Shown: positions 26,709 to 39,802 of the stretch, piece by piece
Layout of the letters: each line of letters begins with the position of its first letter
Position numbering within the stretch: position 1 is the stretch's first letter
Assembly: GCA_038087875.1 (NCBI GenBank)
Contig: CM075987.1
Location: 21,082,001 to 21,146,000 of the forward strand
Reading direction: 5' to 3'
Origin: Malacoraja senta
Lineage: Eukaryota
Length of the DNA stretch: 64,000 bases
Notes under the pieces: generated by a model
Told to the model about the DNA's origin: nothing
Databases searched by the model: none
The model's input: only the letters and a program-made list of their open reading frames with translations
Made by a program: the position numbers and the translations under genes

Positions 26709-26783
26709 ACTCTATGGCATTCTTCAGGAGATGCTGATGAAATAGAGTATTTCATCAGCATCTCCTGAAGAATGCCATAGAGT
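26709..26783. repeat. Perfect inverted repeat, 36-bp arms, 3-nt loop
   Basis: actctatggcattcttcaggagatgctgatgaaata-gag-tatttcatcagcatctcctgaagaatgccatagagt. Confidence 0.97.
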
Positions 26784-27769
26784 TGCCATATAATTCTAAC
26801 TGGGCTTGAATACAACAGAAAATACACAGGTTTTCATATTGACTTCAAGCAGAGACTATTTACTCAGCTCGCAATTACAAATCATTAAAAATGGGACAAT
26901 TGCACATTTTCCATTAAAGCATTCAGCTCAATATTTATATGATTTTGAGCACTTTTATTCTGACATTTCGTATTGATTATTGCATTGTGGTTTTTTAATA
27001 GACCCATTGAAGTTCAATATCAATATGAAGTTTCAGAGTAACGTTAACAATGATCGACAGGTAACATTTGCTTTTAAGTGAAGATTGATCGAAGGAATCT
27101 GCTTATGACCTCTTCGCATTTTGCAAATTGCCAACTACCTTTCCACAACAGTTGATAACACAAGCCTTTTTCAATAGAACCTTTAAAACCCATGACCCAT
27201 CGCATCCAGAGGATGAGAGATCCAAATGCATGAGGATGTCCTCACCTTCTAGTTCCTGAGGTCACATACCATCTCTTTGAAATATATATCTGTTCCTTTA
27301 AGATGGTTTAATAGCCTTTAATTCTCCCTGAATAGTGCGAGTGATGTCAGCATGGTTGAGTAATTCAAAGAGATGGCTGCATAACATTAAATTAGTCAAT
27401 CAATGAAGGAGCCACAAGATTTCCACTAATGCTTTTTAATGGTTCAGAATTCCTATGTATTTAAGTGTGAGAATAAATATCAGCTACCAATAGTTACTTC
27501 AGTGCTTATGGATTATTTTCAGATTTGTTTTGTAAACAAAATAGAATGCTACTTAGAATCAAAGTACTTGGCAGTTAACATTCTATTGATCCTTGATATC
27601 TCCGAGCCATTCTGAAAGCCTTCAAGCTGCATTTTCCAATGTAGATTTGCTCTCTCTGCCTCTAAAAGCCGTATCATTCCTCCAGCCCCCAGACCAAGGT
27701 GTCAAAGTGTTTTTTGAAGTTTATTACACTCAACATATCTGAGATGCTTTGGACTGTGATCTAAATGAA

Positions 27770-28960
27770 CAATTATGCAGTGCCAGAAGGGCAATGCCAG
27801 AGCAAAATTATTAAAAATATGAATGGAGTCTCTGGATTAAATAAAACTGCCACCATCAATCCATTTTGGAAAGGTTAATAGCAAAAGCCAGTGAATGATT
27901 TTTAGAAATGCAACATGAGATGGGAAAGATTAGAGGGCTGGAACTTTACATTGTATTGGAGAAGACGGTTTTGGTCTCCTAATCTGAGGAAAGACATTCT
28001 TGCAGAGAGGGAGTACAGAGAAGGTTCACCAGACTGATTCCTGGGATGACAGGACTTTCATATGAAGAAAGACTGGATAGACTCAGCTTGTACTCGCTAG
28101 AATTTAGAAGATTGAGGGGGATCTTATAGAAACGTACAAAATTCTTAAGGGGTTGGACAGGCTAGATGCAGGAAGATTGTTCCCGATGTTGGGGAAGTCC
28201 AGAACAAGGGGTCACAGTTTAAGGATAAGGGGGAAGTCTTTTAGGACCGAGATGAGAAAAACATTTTTCACACAGAGAGTGATGAATCTGTGGAATTCTC
28301 TGCCACAGAAGATAGTTGAGGCAGTTCATTGGCTATATTTAAGAGGGAGTTAGATGTGGCCCTTGTGGTTAAAGGGATTAGGGGGTATGGAGAGAAGGCA
28401 GGTACAGGATACTGAGTTGGATGATCAGCCATGATCATATTGAATGGTGGTGCAGGCTCGAAGGGCCGAATGGCCTACTCCTGCACCTATTTTCTATGTT
28501 TCTATCTCCAGACAATGGCCATGAAAGAACTGCTCGGGTCTTTTGCTCAAGGAAGAGCTGAAGGAACTCAAGTGCCAAAGAGGTGGAGAGAGCACCAAAG
28601 CCACATCAGAGAGTGACGAGCCTTAAACGAGGGTTGTCAGTTGGCCAAATAACTCAGAGGCTTTTCATTTTACTGAGGATCCATTTAGGGAACATAATTT
28701 AGAAATCAACATAAAACTTGAGGATGTGCTGGCTCCATGCAGGGAAGTTTACAAAGACAGACAAAATAAAGTCAAACAACTGTGTATCATTTTTTTTATA
28801 TGCACTCACCTCTGCTACCTCTAAACCACAACCACTCCCTCCAGTACCCCAGAAGAAACCCTCACAATTCATACATCAATAACAATACAGCGTAATCATT
28901 GTTACAAGTTCATCAACATGAGTAACAAGTTGTGAACAAGTTTAAATTTGATTTTTTTTC
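27770..28960 (+). mobile_element. Possible degraded Tigger/pogo transposase 3' remnant, split by a CR1
   Basis: KNMNGV-like segment near 27815 and ...AFHFTEDPFREHNLEINIKLEDVLAPCREVYKDRQNKVKQLCIIFF at ~28660-28800 resemble Tigger C-termini from memory. No TIR identified. Confidence 0.4.
27965..28505 (+). mobile_element. Young 5'-truncated CR1 (3' end)
   Basis: ...LDAGRLFPMLGKSRTRGHSLRIRGKSFRTEMRKTFFTQRVMNLWNSLP; canonical 3' UTR; ttctatgtttctat tail. Confidence 0.9.
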
Positions 28961-31900
28961 AATAAATATTTGTACAGGGTATATTAGAAGAATCATCTTG
29001 TTAACCTGATTATAATTATTTTCCTTTAATTAAAAAACACAACACAATTTCTGCTTGTACTTCTTGAAATGAGCCACTGTGTTAAATGGAGTTTTAAAGA
29101 ACACATGAGCTTATTTAAGTAAATTATATATTCAGAAAGAGCAACAACTGCACTAAATGCAAGGATGCCAACTCATGATGAAGACAATCAATTGATTCAG
29201 CACCCAACTCACAATCTGCACTTCAGAATGGGAGTAGAGGAGAAGGGGATAGAAAAATATTTCAGGTAACCTGGAAATCTTCAGTGAGCATGCACTTCCT
29301 GACAGCTTCTGCTGGTCTTCATCCCATTCTTCATCAAGGAAAATGTATTCATTTCACAGAATTGTCAGTGGCCACGGTGCTCATCTGCCATAACTTGGAA
29401 AAACTAGAAATTTTGTTCAGTGATGTTGGGGAAAGGAAAGAAATTGTCTCCGGGCACTCAAGAGACTGCTTTTGGTCTTCTTTGAAAGAGTGGCAATGGA
29501 ATATTTTATTTCCATCCATTCCATTAGACTGTGACTGATCTGTACATCAACAAATCACCAGGGGAAATGATTTTTGCTGCAGCATCTCTGTCAGACACTT
29601 TCATCACTATAACAACTTGCATCAGAAACCCCTCAAAACATTAATGCCCAATATAATATAACGCAAACTTATGCAACTTTTCCTCACAGATTAACCTGTC
29701 AACTTTAATAAGCAAATTTTCTGTAGCATGTCAAATCATGAATGCATCATCTGGCGCAGTGGCTCATATTAATCAATACAGGCTGTTATTCCATTAAAGT
29801 ATAAAATTTACATCACAGCTATGGCATGCCCAAGTTAGACTGCTGATTGCCTGATTCTCAGGTCTGCCTGCTTGCGAAGTGTCCAAAAATAATGCTTTCA
29901 TCTCAGGTACGTGTCTACAATACAGAAAATTCAAGCTAACATTCTCATAACGTCATATTATTCCAATTAATTTACATTAACACACCACTAATCAATTATA
30001 TACAACCCTTCAGCAAACGGTTTATAGGGTTTTAAACACAGATCAACTGTGTTAAAACTTCTTAACGGTGGCCCTTCCCTATAGAGTAGCTGCACTCATT
30101 TTGAGTTCAACTCTCAGGATACAGCCCCGGACCACTCAATCGCAGACAACATCTTGACCAGCTTGCTATGGACAGACCAGTGGCCATTTCACCAAGCTGA
30201 GCATCAGCTGATATCTGCCTCAGTGTGTAACCTTGGAAGCAGCCCAAAGAAAAACAAAGCCCTCTGATTTATAGCTGATTGGGATGAGCTTGACAACTAA
30301 TATCTCTCCCAAATCGTTGTGGAGGTAAATGAATGACGGGTTAATGATCTATTTATGAACAAAGGTGTTCTTTTGCATAATATGCACTAGAAGATAGAGG
30401 TAGTGCTGCCAGTCCAACTAAAAGAAATGTCTGTGGAAATAAAAACATGCACATCCTTTGTACACCAGATGGAATTGTGGCACCTAAATGCATCTGCAGT
30501 AGATGTATCCTGATGCGTAGGGTTCATGCATAGCTTGATTAATCCACACATAAAAGTATTCATCAAAATGAGAGCCTGGCTGAGATCATGTTTGGCCTTT
30601 TGTCTGTAGGTTTGTATCATGATGGATGTTGAGCTCCAGCTAAATTGGGAAAAGCTCCTCCAGGTGTTTGCTACAGTGCAGTTGCAACAACTAGACCACA
30701 AGTACAGCACTACTAAGAGCAGCTTCCACCCAATAAGCAGACTCCCACGATCAAGATTGATTGCTGTTGAATAGAATGGGAAATCCTCAATCTGAGAGCT
30801 TTGTAACTGTTATTAATGATTTGAATTAAATGCCAAAAATTAGTTTTAAATGGGCATAAGGGATTTGAGCTCTTATCATCTCAATTATTCGTCCTAAGAA
30901 ACATAACCGCTGAATTTCATACATAATTGTTCCAGATCCAAATACTTTATTTAGGAAATGCATCAACACAGCCAGCTGGTGGTGCTGGATCCTTACAAAT
31001 CACTTCCAGTAACATTCCAAATTAAACTGAAATAAGGACATCCAAAATGTGTTGAACTAAAGGCCTTGGACATAAAAAACATAGTTTTGGGACGGCATAC
31101 ACATGATTCTACAAAAGCCATCAGATTGAAAGCCCTGCTAAAATTGTCCAATTCAAATGTTAAAACAGTGAAGAAAGGCAATTAAGGCTACAGTTTGAAA
31201 TCCACAAATTGTTCTGACGGCCTTCTTATTGATTTGAATTCAGTATATCAGTTATCATAGGAACGGAAAAAAAGCATTTTCTTGGTAATACACTTTGTGA
31301 AGTACTGTTATGTGGAAAATATAAACAATTTCCACACAGTAAACCAGCACAAATAACAATGGGATAATGGCTTGATAGCCCACGTTAATTTATCTGCACC
31401 ATAAATATTGACTAGAACATTGGGGAGATTGCTCCTGGCTCTTTTTAGAAGTCCATTATGATCTTAACCTGGGAGTCAAGGGGCAAACAAAGTTTTGGTT
31501 TAATGTGTCATGCAAAGAAAAGACTCCTTTAATAATGTAGCATTTTTCTCAGAGGCGAAATGAATTTTCAGCAGAGGTCTCCAGAGTGGACTTTTCTGAC
31601 TCACGGACTAAGGCTGCAGTTGTTACAATGAAAAATAACAATGTTCATCGTTGGTTTGAGGCAGATACATTTTCAAAAAAACAAATGCAGGGTCACAAGA
31701 TGAATCAAATGCATTGATGTTGGCATGGAATGGGTTACCATATCTCAACATTGTTTTTCTTGGACATGAATCAGCAAATGACGACACTCCAATAGAAATA
31801 ATTTAAATCTTGTAAAGGATTCAAGTGTAGATGCAGTGAAATATTTTCACCCGCAGACCTCCTCCAAAAACCGGAGTAAGAAATACAAGGTACGACAAAA

Positions 31901-32049
31901 AAACAAAACATTGTTAATATATATAAATATACGATAATGGAATAATATTATCAGGGAGCATGGCGACTCTATACATGTTCTTCTCAGAAAAGGATCTACT
32001 ACCATCGGATACAATGCCTCTACTCTTCTAAATCCCTTTTCCACCTTTA

Positions 32050-32360
32050 AGTTTAGTTTAGTTTAGACATACAATGTGGAAACAGGCCCTTCGACCCACA
32101 AAGTCCGCACCGACCAATGATCCCCGCACATGAACACTATCTCACACACTATGGATAATTTTACATTTATACAAAGCCATTTAATCTACAAACCTGTACG
32201 TCTTTGGGGTGTGGGAGGAAGCCGAAGGTCTCGGAGAAAACCCACGCAGGACACAGGGGAGAACGTACAAACTCCATACAGACAGTATCCGTAGTCAGAT
32301 CGAACCCGGGTCTCTGGAGCTATAAGGCAGCAACTCTCCCGCTGTGCCACCATGCCACCC
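32050..32360 (-). mobile_element. tRNA-derived HE1/V-type SINE
   Basis: Minus strand: ggtggcacagcgg (A box), gggttcgatc (B box), gtatggagtttgtacgttctcccc core, CR1-like 3' end gaagggcctgtttcc and (ctaaa)n tail. Older copies near 25550-25820, 43940-44400 and 49130-49380. Confidence 0.85.
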
Positions 32361-33555
32361 ACAAGTAGGTATAAAACTATATTTTGTATCTTCCCCTTTG
32401 CTCTATCTATTGCACTTAAGTTTGAATTGGTGGTACATCTGATCTGTATGGATAGCATGTGTGACAAGGCTGTAATACTGTACCCCAGTACATGACAATA
32501 ATAAACCTCAACTGAAACCTAGGGATTTCAAGAGAAACATCTTCACTCAGAACACAGTATGAATATAAAGAATTAATATATTTTAGGGGAAAAGCATAAA
32601 ATGCTGGAGGAACTCAGTGGGTCAGGCAGCATCCCAGGTACACTCTCCTACAATTGCAGGAGAGAGTACCTGGGAAGGAGGTGGGGGTTGACTGGGAAGG
32701 GAGGAGTGAACCAAGGAGCTGCAGAGGTTTCTGCAGAAATAGACAGTCAATGTTATGGTTGAGAACTTTCATCTCCACTGCTGATACAGATGAGATACAG
32801 GGTGAATGTCCCTGATGGTGGGGAATCCAGAACCAGATGTCACAGCCTTTAGATATGGGGTATGCTATTTGGATAAGGCAAAATACCTTCATCCAGGGCA
32901 TGGTGAACCTGTGGAATTGTCCACCACAGAGAGCAATGGACACAAAGGCATTCAATATATTCAAGAAGTGGGTATATTTCTTGAAGCTGAAGGGACCGAG
33001 GAATATAGCTCAAACAGAGTACTGATGTGGAAGATCAGATATGGTCACATTGAATAGTGCTGCATGTCCAAAGGGCTAAAAGGAGTAATCCTGCTTCTAT
33101 TTTCTACATTTCTATGGCTACTGTTAACCCACCCAAGTATTAAGTATAGATATGAACAGGACTGGTCCCAGCATCAATACACAAGCCATTCATCCATCCC
33201 CAAAGTACTATACAAATTTTTGAGTAAAACAATTTGTCATTCATGTTGACTCTTCTTGTTTGTATTATTATTTTCTCTAGGTCCTGTTATTAACTCTTTG
33301 ATGATGGAAAACCATGCGAAGTCTGCTTGAAAAAGCCCCAGGCCAAATCCCAACAAGTATCCGACCATTTCTTCCAGGCAATTCAATCCCACGGTTCAAA
33401 AAGAACAAAATTGCATCATTTTCAGCATGCTCTTTCATCAGAGAGAAGAGTGTAATACTTGAGGGAAACCCACAATGCATGCATTTATTAGATTAACTCA
33501 TCCTCTGATTAAGAGATTGTAAGAATGTCTGTGTCATCTGCACCATGCCATGTTC

Positions 33556-33604
33556 TATGGATTAGGCACTCGTTAATGCTGGATTAACGAGTGCCTAATC
33601 CATA
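33556..33604. repeat. Perfect inverted repeat, 22-bp arms, 5-nt loop
   Basis: tatggattaggcactcgttaat-gctgg-attaacgagtgcctaatccata. Confidence 0.95.
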
Positions 33605-33699
33605 CTATAATTTGTATCAATTTGGCAACAAAATAATAAAACACAGCAGCAAGGAAATCCACATTGAAGGTCTGAAAGACCCAATAAATAATATCTCAC

Positions 33700-34900
33700 A
33701 GACAAGTTGACAGTTCACATCAAACAAGAACCACACAGTGCTGGATCAGCTATAAAACCCACCGTAGTTGGCAATAGCGAAGAGACTCTTTGCTTCAATA
33801 ATAGAAGACACCAGAACTATTTTGATAAAATGACCAGGAGATCCAGTAGCTAATTAACCATAATGCAAGGTATTCTTGAATTAGAAACTCAATACCTCAA
33901 GGGGAGGAACACAGCTCTGCACATTTATGAAGGTTGAAATCCAACAGACCAACATGTGAGCCAATTACGATGGTGGGGGTTGGGTTTGGGGAAGAAGCAC
34001 AGGAAATACTGCATCTGGCTAATAACCACAACAAGATTGATACTACATTGCTGTCAACCCCATCAATGGCCCAACACCCAAGGATCCGCTTTCAGAGTGT
34101 CGGAAACATAGGATAGCTCATTAAAAAGACAGACAGCCTGTTGAAAGGAGGGCTTGAATAACCCTGAACCAAGCCTCTGTCTTTGACCTGATTATCTTCA
34201 AATCCATTCTACAATATGCCACCTGGTCTCATATTGTTGTAACTCCAGATCAACAAGCGATCGACGAGATGGTTTTGCTTTTGAAATTCTAAAACTTGAA
34301 AAAGAGAAACTTCTGCCATGAATTTTAAGTCTTGCCTCTTTCATCTGGCGAGAGGACAATGTTCCAGGGAAACTCAGAAGTTTTAATTGCAATCAGCAAG
34401 GAGAAAAATTTAATTGCAGCAATTAGAGGGGCCTCTCTGCTGTATGCTATAGGTAAAACCATCACAGAGTTCCTGTCCACTACCTCCTCCCAGTTAACTT
34501 ATAGTTGTTCCCCAGTAGCATAGCTAATCCAATCCATCAATAATTGCAATGACAACTCCAAGGAAAATGCCAGAAGTACCATTGATTATTAAAGATTGAC
34601 ACCTTTGGTTTTACAAAAGCCTTCAACTCTGAAGTGATCAGGATTATGCAGTGAAAGGAAATCATCTTTGATCCTGAAGGACTACATAAGAATAATAATT
34701 GAGTCCACTATTTTTCCAGCAAGAGGTTAGGTTAATTACCAGAGGCATTCTGCCTCATTTCCCTTGTCTCCTGAAAAGTGAAATTGCATTTGCATTGTTC
34801 CATCCCACTGGGACCTTTTTGGAACCGAGGAAACTGGAATGATTGTGTGCAATCTGTCCATGATTTTTGACCCATGTCTTTTGAGCTCCCATGAAGCAAA
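33700..34900 (+). mobile_element. Ancient RTE-clade LINE remnant
   Basis: 34340-34500 reads like CxNyRGiSLL...GK.I.R.L...LLP; aaaagccttcaactct (KAFxS) near 34615. Many stops and frameshifts. Confidence 0.5.
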
Positions 34901-36106
34901 TCTCGACAGCCTTTAATGACATTACTTGACTGGTATAATTTTACTAATGAATGTGCCTTGTTAACTTTCCCCCCAGATTTTCCACCATACTCAGTATACC
35001 TTCAGTGTTCCTCACTCTATAAACAGACAGCAACTCAAATTCAAAGTCTATGTCATTTTCGTTTTCAATTAGAAACTCCCCCATTTCATTCCCTAAACTA
35101 CCTTCCTACTTTTATATGCTTACAAAAGCTCTAATATTTGCTTTTATGTTCTGGTTTAGCTTACTCTCGTAACATATTTTCTCCCACTTTACAGTTTCTC
35201 TACATTTGGCACTTGTTAGCCATAATTAAATCCGTATCAAAGTCAAGATGGAACAAGCACTGCTATAATTAGGTTTGAAAAATTCTCAGCATACAAACAA
35301 AAATACTTGGCCCCTTGAACTAATCAATATCATGGCTGATCTTGTACCTATTCCACATCGCAACACAAATCATCAATTTTTTACCAATCCCAAAATATAC
35401 GAAATTCAATAATGCATGTCTTCAACAATTGGATAAGAAATACCAATGATTTCCAATTCTCGGATTGCAATTATTCCTTAAAATGGCTAGCCTCTTACCC
35501 TGATGCAATCTACACCAATTTGAGAGTACCTTGTTAAAGAAAATTGTCTCTCTGCCCAGTCATGCTCTTTCAGGGAGAAAGCAAAATAGACAAAGAGTGA
35601 ATGAAGCACCAGAAGATGTCATCAAAGTGTTGTGGTGCAAGACAACACGGATTACCACAAAAACCACATTTTCATAATTGGTCCTTCAAAACAAAACAGA
35701 AGTGATAATCTATTGAGACTAATTGCTGATCTGATTCAAATCTTGAGCATATTACCAAATAAATAAAAAGGAATGCTACTTATACACAAGAGCAGAAAGG
35801 TTAAAGCCTGAGCCAGCCATTGGTCTTTAAACCCTAGCTCAATATAACTGCAATTCAGTTATTGAACAAACCTCTCCAGGTTTTAATCGTACAATGGTTT
35901 ACAGGTACAAAATGTTAATGGATCAACAGAATGTCAAGCTCTCTGAGACTTCCCATCAGGGTATCAAATACATGGAAGGCCTACATCAGTTCTCTTTGGC
36001 ATTCAGAGTATTGAGAGGTTTGATAGAGGTGTTAAAAATTGAGTTCAGTGGAGAACAACCAAGTGGTATTGTGTATGACGGAATTACCGATACTGGTTTA
36101 AACCGA

Positions 36107-36633
36107 AGAAGACACGAAATGCTGGAGTAACTCAGCAGGACAGGCAGCATCTCTAGAGAGAAGGAATGGGTGACGTTTCGGGTCGAGACCCTTCTTCAAG
36201 CTGATGTCAGGGGAGATACATAGATAAGGAAGTGTAAGGTGCGAAAACAGAACAAAGGGAACAGCGATCAAGGAAAATGTAGAATGAATCATTGTTAGCT
36301 GGGAGAAGGTAGCAACAAAGGAAAGATAAAATGTAGTCAGAGACAAAAATACTCTAGTCTGAGAACTGGGAAGGGGGACGGATGGAGAGAGGGAAAGCAA
36401 CGGTTACAAAGTTAGAGAAGTCAATGTTCATACCGCTGGGGGTGTAAGCTGCCCAAGCAAAATTTAAGGTGCTGTTGCTCCAACTTGCACTGGGTCTCAC
36501 TCTGACAATGGAGGAGGCCCAGGACAGAAAGGTCAGTGTGGGAATGGGTGGGGGAGTTAAAGCGTTTAGCAGCCGGGAGACCAGGTAGGTCTAGGCGGAC
36601 TGAGCGGAGGTGTTCAGCGACACGATCGCCTAG
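36107..36633 (-). mobile_element. Penelope-like element 3' end: GIY-YIG endonuclease C-terminus, pyrimidine-rich UTR and terminal unit
   Basis: The minus strand translates LGDRVAEHLRSVRLDLPGLPAAKRFNSPTHSHTDLSVLGLLHCQSETQCKLEQQHLKFCLGSLHP, then ttgaagaagggtctcgacccgaaacgtcacc. Confidence 0.85.
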
Positions 36634-38051
36634 TGGTATTGACAGTTAATAAATAAAGGCCAGAACTTTAACATAATTGGTGCAAGTTCAGGGCATAAAT
36701 GAGAAATAATAATATAAGCAGTGAATTACTTAATGTGCTGAATAAAAAGGTTATGGTATCAGTGAATGTAATTAAAAAACTTTGTAGCTGTAACTGAATC
36801 AGATCTTGTCTACACCCTCTCCTTTCCAAGAACCAAATACAGTTTTCTCATGCAATTAAAATCCTCATCACTCGTACTATTTAGGTAAATCTATCATGCA
36901 CCAATTCCAATGCCCTGTAATGAGTTTAACACACTCACTAAGGATTAATCAGTGATTTATTGGAAAAAAGTTTAACATAGTGTCTTTGCCTCAAACTATA
37001 TTTACCTCTTCAGAAAACTAAAGATCTTAAACACTGTAATACAAACACTTAAACACTATATCAATGATTTGGTAAAGGACGTACATGGCAACATTAGCAC
37101 GTTTGCAGATGATACAAAAGTGGGTGGTTTTGCAGATGGTTGTGAAAAATTGCAGCAGGATCTTCATCGATTGGCCAGGTGGGCTGAGGAATGGTTGATG
37201 GAATTTAATACAGATAAATGTGAGGTGTTGCATTTTGGGATGTCTAACATGGGCAGGACCTACACAGTGAATGGAAGGGCTCTGGGGAGTGTTGCTGAGC
37301 AGAGGGAGCAGTCTCGAGGAGTGCAGGTGCATGGTTCCTTGAAGGTAGAGTCGCAGGTAGATAGGGTGCTCAAAAAGGCTTTTGGCACATTGGCCTTCAA
37401 CAGTCAGTGTATTGAGTATAGAAGTTGGGAGGTCATGTTGCTGTTATATAAGATGTTGGTGAGACCACATTTAGAGTATTGTGTTCAGTTCTGGGCGCCA
37501 TGTAATAGGAAAGATGTTGTCAAACTGGAAAAGGTACAGAGAAGAATTATGAGGATGTTGCTAGGACTAGAGGATCTGAGCTATAGTGAGAGGTTGAGTA
37601 GGCTAGGACTCTATTCCTTCGAGCGCAGGAGGATGAGGGGCAATCTTATAGAGGTGTATAAAATCATGAGGGGAATAGATCGGATAGATGCACACAGTCT
37701 CTTGCCCAGAGTAGGTGAATCAAGGACCAGAAGACATAGGTTTAAGGTGAAGGGGAAAAGATTTAATAGGAATTTGAGAGGTAACTTTTTCACACAAAGG
37801 GTGGTGGGTGTATGGAAAAAGCTGCCAGAGGAGGTAGTTTAGGCAGCGGCTACCCCAACAGTTAAGAAACATTTAGACAGGTACATGGATAGGACAGGTT
37901 TTGAGGGATATGGACCAAATGCAGGCAGGTTCTTCTTGGATCTTAGTTCTTGGTCCTCCAAAATATTCCAAATGGAATTTAAACTGGAGGTGGCGGAGGG
38001 TGGACTTAAGCAAATAAGGATTCTTGGAGAAGAAGAGCTACCTTAAATTTA

Positions 38052-38149
38052 AGGTAGACAAAAGTGCTGGAGAAACTCAGCGGGTGTGGCAGCATCTATG
38101 GAGCAAAGGAAATAGGCAACATTTCAGACCGAAACCCTTCTTCAGACTG
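38052..38149 (-). mobile_element. Penelope-derived terminal unit with 11-bp flanking duplication
   Basis: ccttaaattta at 38041-38051 and 38150-38160 flanks the unit. Confidence 0.85.
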
Positions 38150-39802
38150 CCTTAAATTTAGTTGCGTCTGGTTGAGTAACTATGGTAGGGTGAAGACTGT
38201 TCCATGCTTTAATTGTGCGGGGGAAGAATAAATTGCTGTACACATCTGTCTTGGTAGCTGGTATCTCAAATTGGATCGAATGCCCTCGTCTGCTCCTAAT
38301 AGGTTTAGGTTTGGTGTAGATTTGCTAATCTACGTCGAGCTGACCATTTAACATTTTGTAAAAACAGGTCAAACGATGAGCTTTACGTCTGTCTTGGAGA
38401 GGGTTCCACCCCAGTGAATTCAGAAGTTTGGTAACACTCGCTTCTCTCTCATAGGTATTCGCAACAAATAGAGCTGCCTGTCTTTGGACACGTTCGATGG
38501 AAGAAATGTTTCTATTTGTGTATGGATCCCATGCTGCAACTGCGTAGTAAAAATGTGGTCTAACGATGGTGAAGTATAACTTCTCCTTGATAGAAGTTGA
38601 ACAATAATGAAAGTTGCGTCTCAGAAAATTTAGGACACCTGTTGCTTTCACCGTTGCATGATGAGTCTGACCATTCCAACGTAGATCGTTCTGTAATTTG
38701 ATGCCAAGATACTTGGTCTGTTTGGATTCTTCAAGGGTGGCACCAAGGATATTGTATGATGTTTCGCCTGGATTCCTCTTTCTGGTGACACGCATGGTTT
38801 CACATTTGGAAGGATTGAACTGCATGCCCCATTGTTGTGACCACTCAACCATAGTATCGAGATCTTTTTGGAGAGCATCTTTATCATCAGCTGGCGTAAT
38901 TGGATGGTACAGCAAACAATCATCAGCGAATAGTCTGGTCGTGCTTGTGACTTTTTCATGAATGTCATGAATGTAAAGCAAAAACAGATCTGGGCCCAGT
39001 ACTGTGCCCTGAGGTTACCACTTTAACACTGGACGTAAATCAGAGCTTTTTCCATTTACACACGCGCGCTGAAGACGTTTTGTCAGAAAACTGGAAATCC
39101 ATTGTTTTGTGTTGGAACGAACACCGTAGAAGTCAAGCTTCCGAAGCAGTCTCTGGTGTGGGATGACATCAAATGCTTTAGAAACGTCTAGCACTACCAA
39201 ATCCGTGATGACATTGCTATCAAGGTTCTTGGCCAGGTCATTTGTCATCAGGATAAGCTGAGACTCGCATGATCTATGCCTCCTAAATGCATGTTGGTTG
39301 TCAGCAAGAATGTTATGTTTGCTAAGGTGTCTCATCAGATTACTATCGATTAAATGCTCCAGTAGTTTGCAGCAAGTGCTTGTTAATGAAACAGGACGAC
39401 AATTCGCCGGGTTGGTGGTTGAACCCTCCTTAAAGAGAGGAGTGATGTTAGCCTTCCTCCAATCCAGCGAAACATCACCTGAGTCAAGCGACTGTTGGAA
39501 AATGAACTGCAAAACAGGAGCCAGTTCTTCGGCCGCGATCTTGAGGGCTTGATTCTGTATCTGGTCTGGTCCAATAGCTTTTGTTGTATTGATGTTGAGC
39601 AATAACTTCTTGACACCTTCAACCTCAATTTTAATAGCAAGCATATTAGCATACGGGCTGGGCAGTAGGTCTGGAAATGATGAAAGCTCCGTATCTTCCC
39701 GGGTGAAAACGTGTTGAAATTGGTTTGCAAGAGCTTCTGCTTTCGCCTGGTCCTCAGTGATCAGACACTTGTTCACATTAAGCACCTGGACACCAGTGTT
39801 GT

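Noticed and set aside
30380..31200. Non-repeat-looking stretch with 60-107 aa ORFs (also 33277-33496)
   Set aside because: No recognisable homology or convincing paired splice sites.
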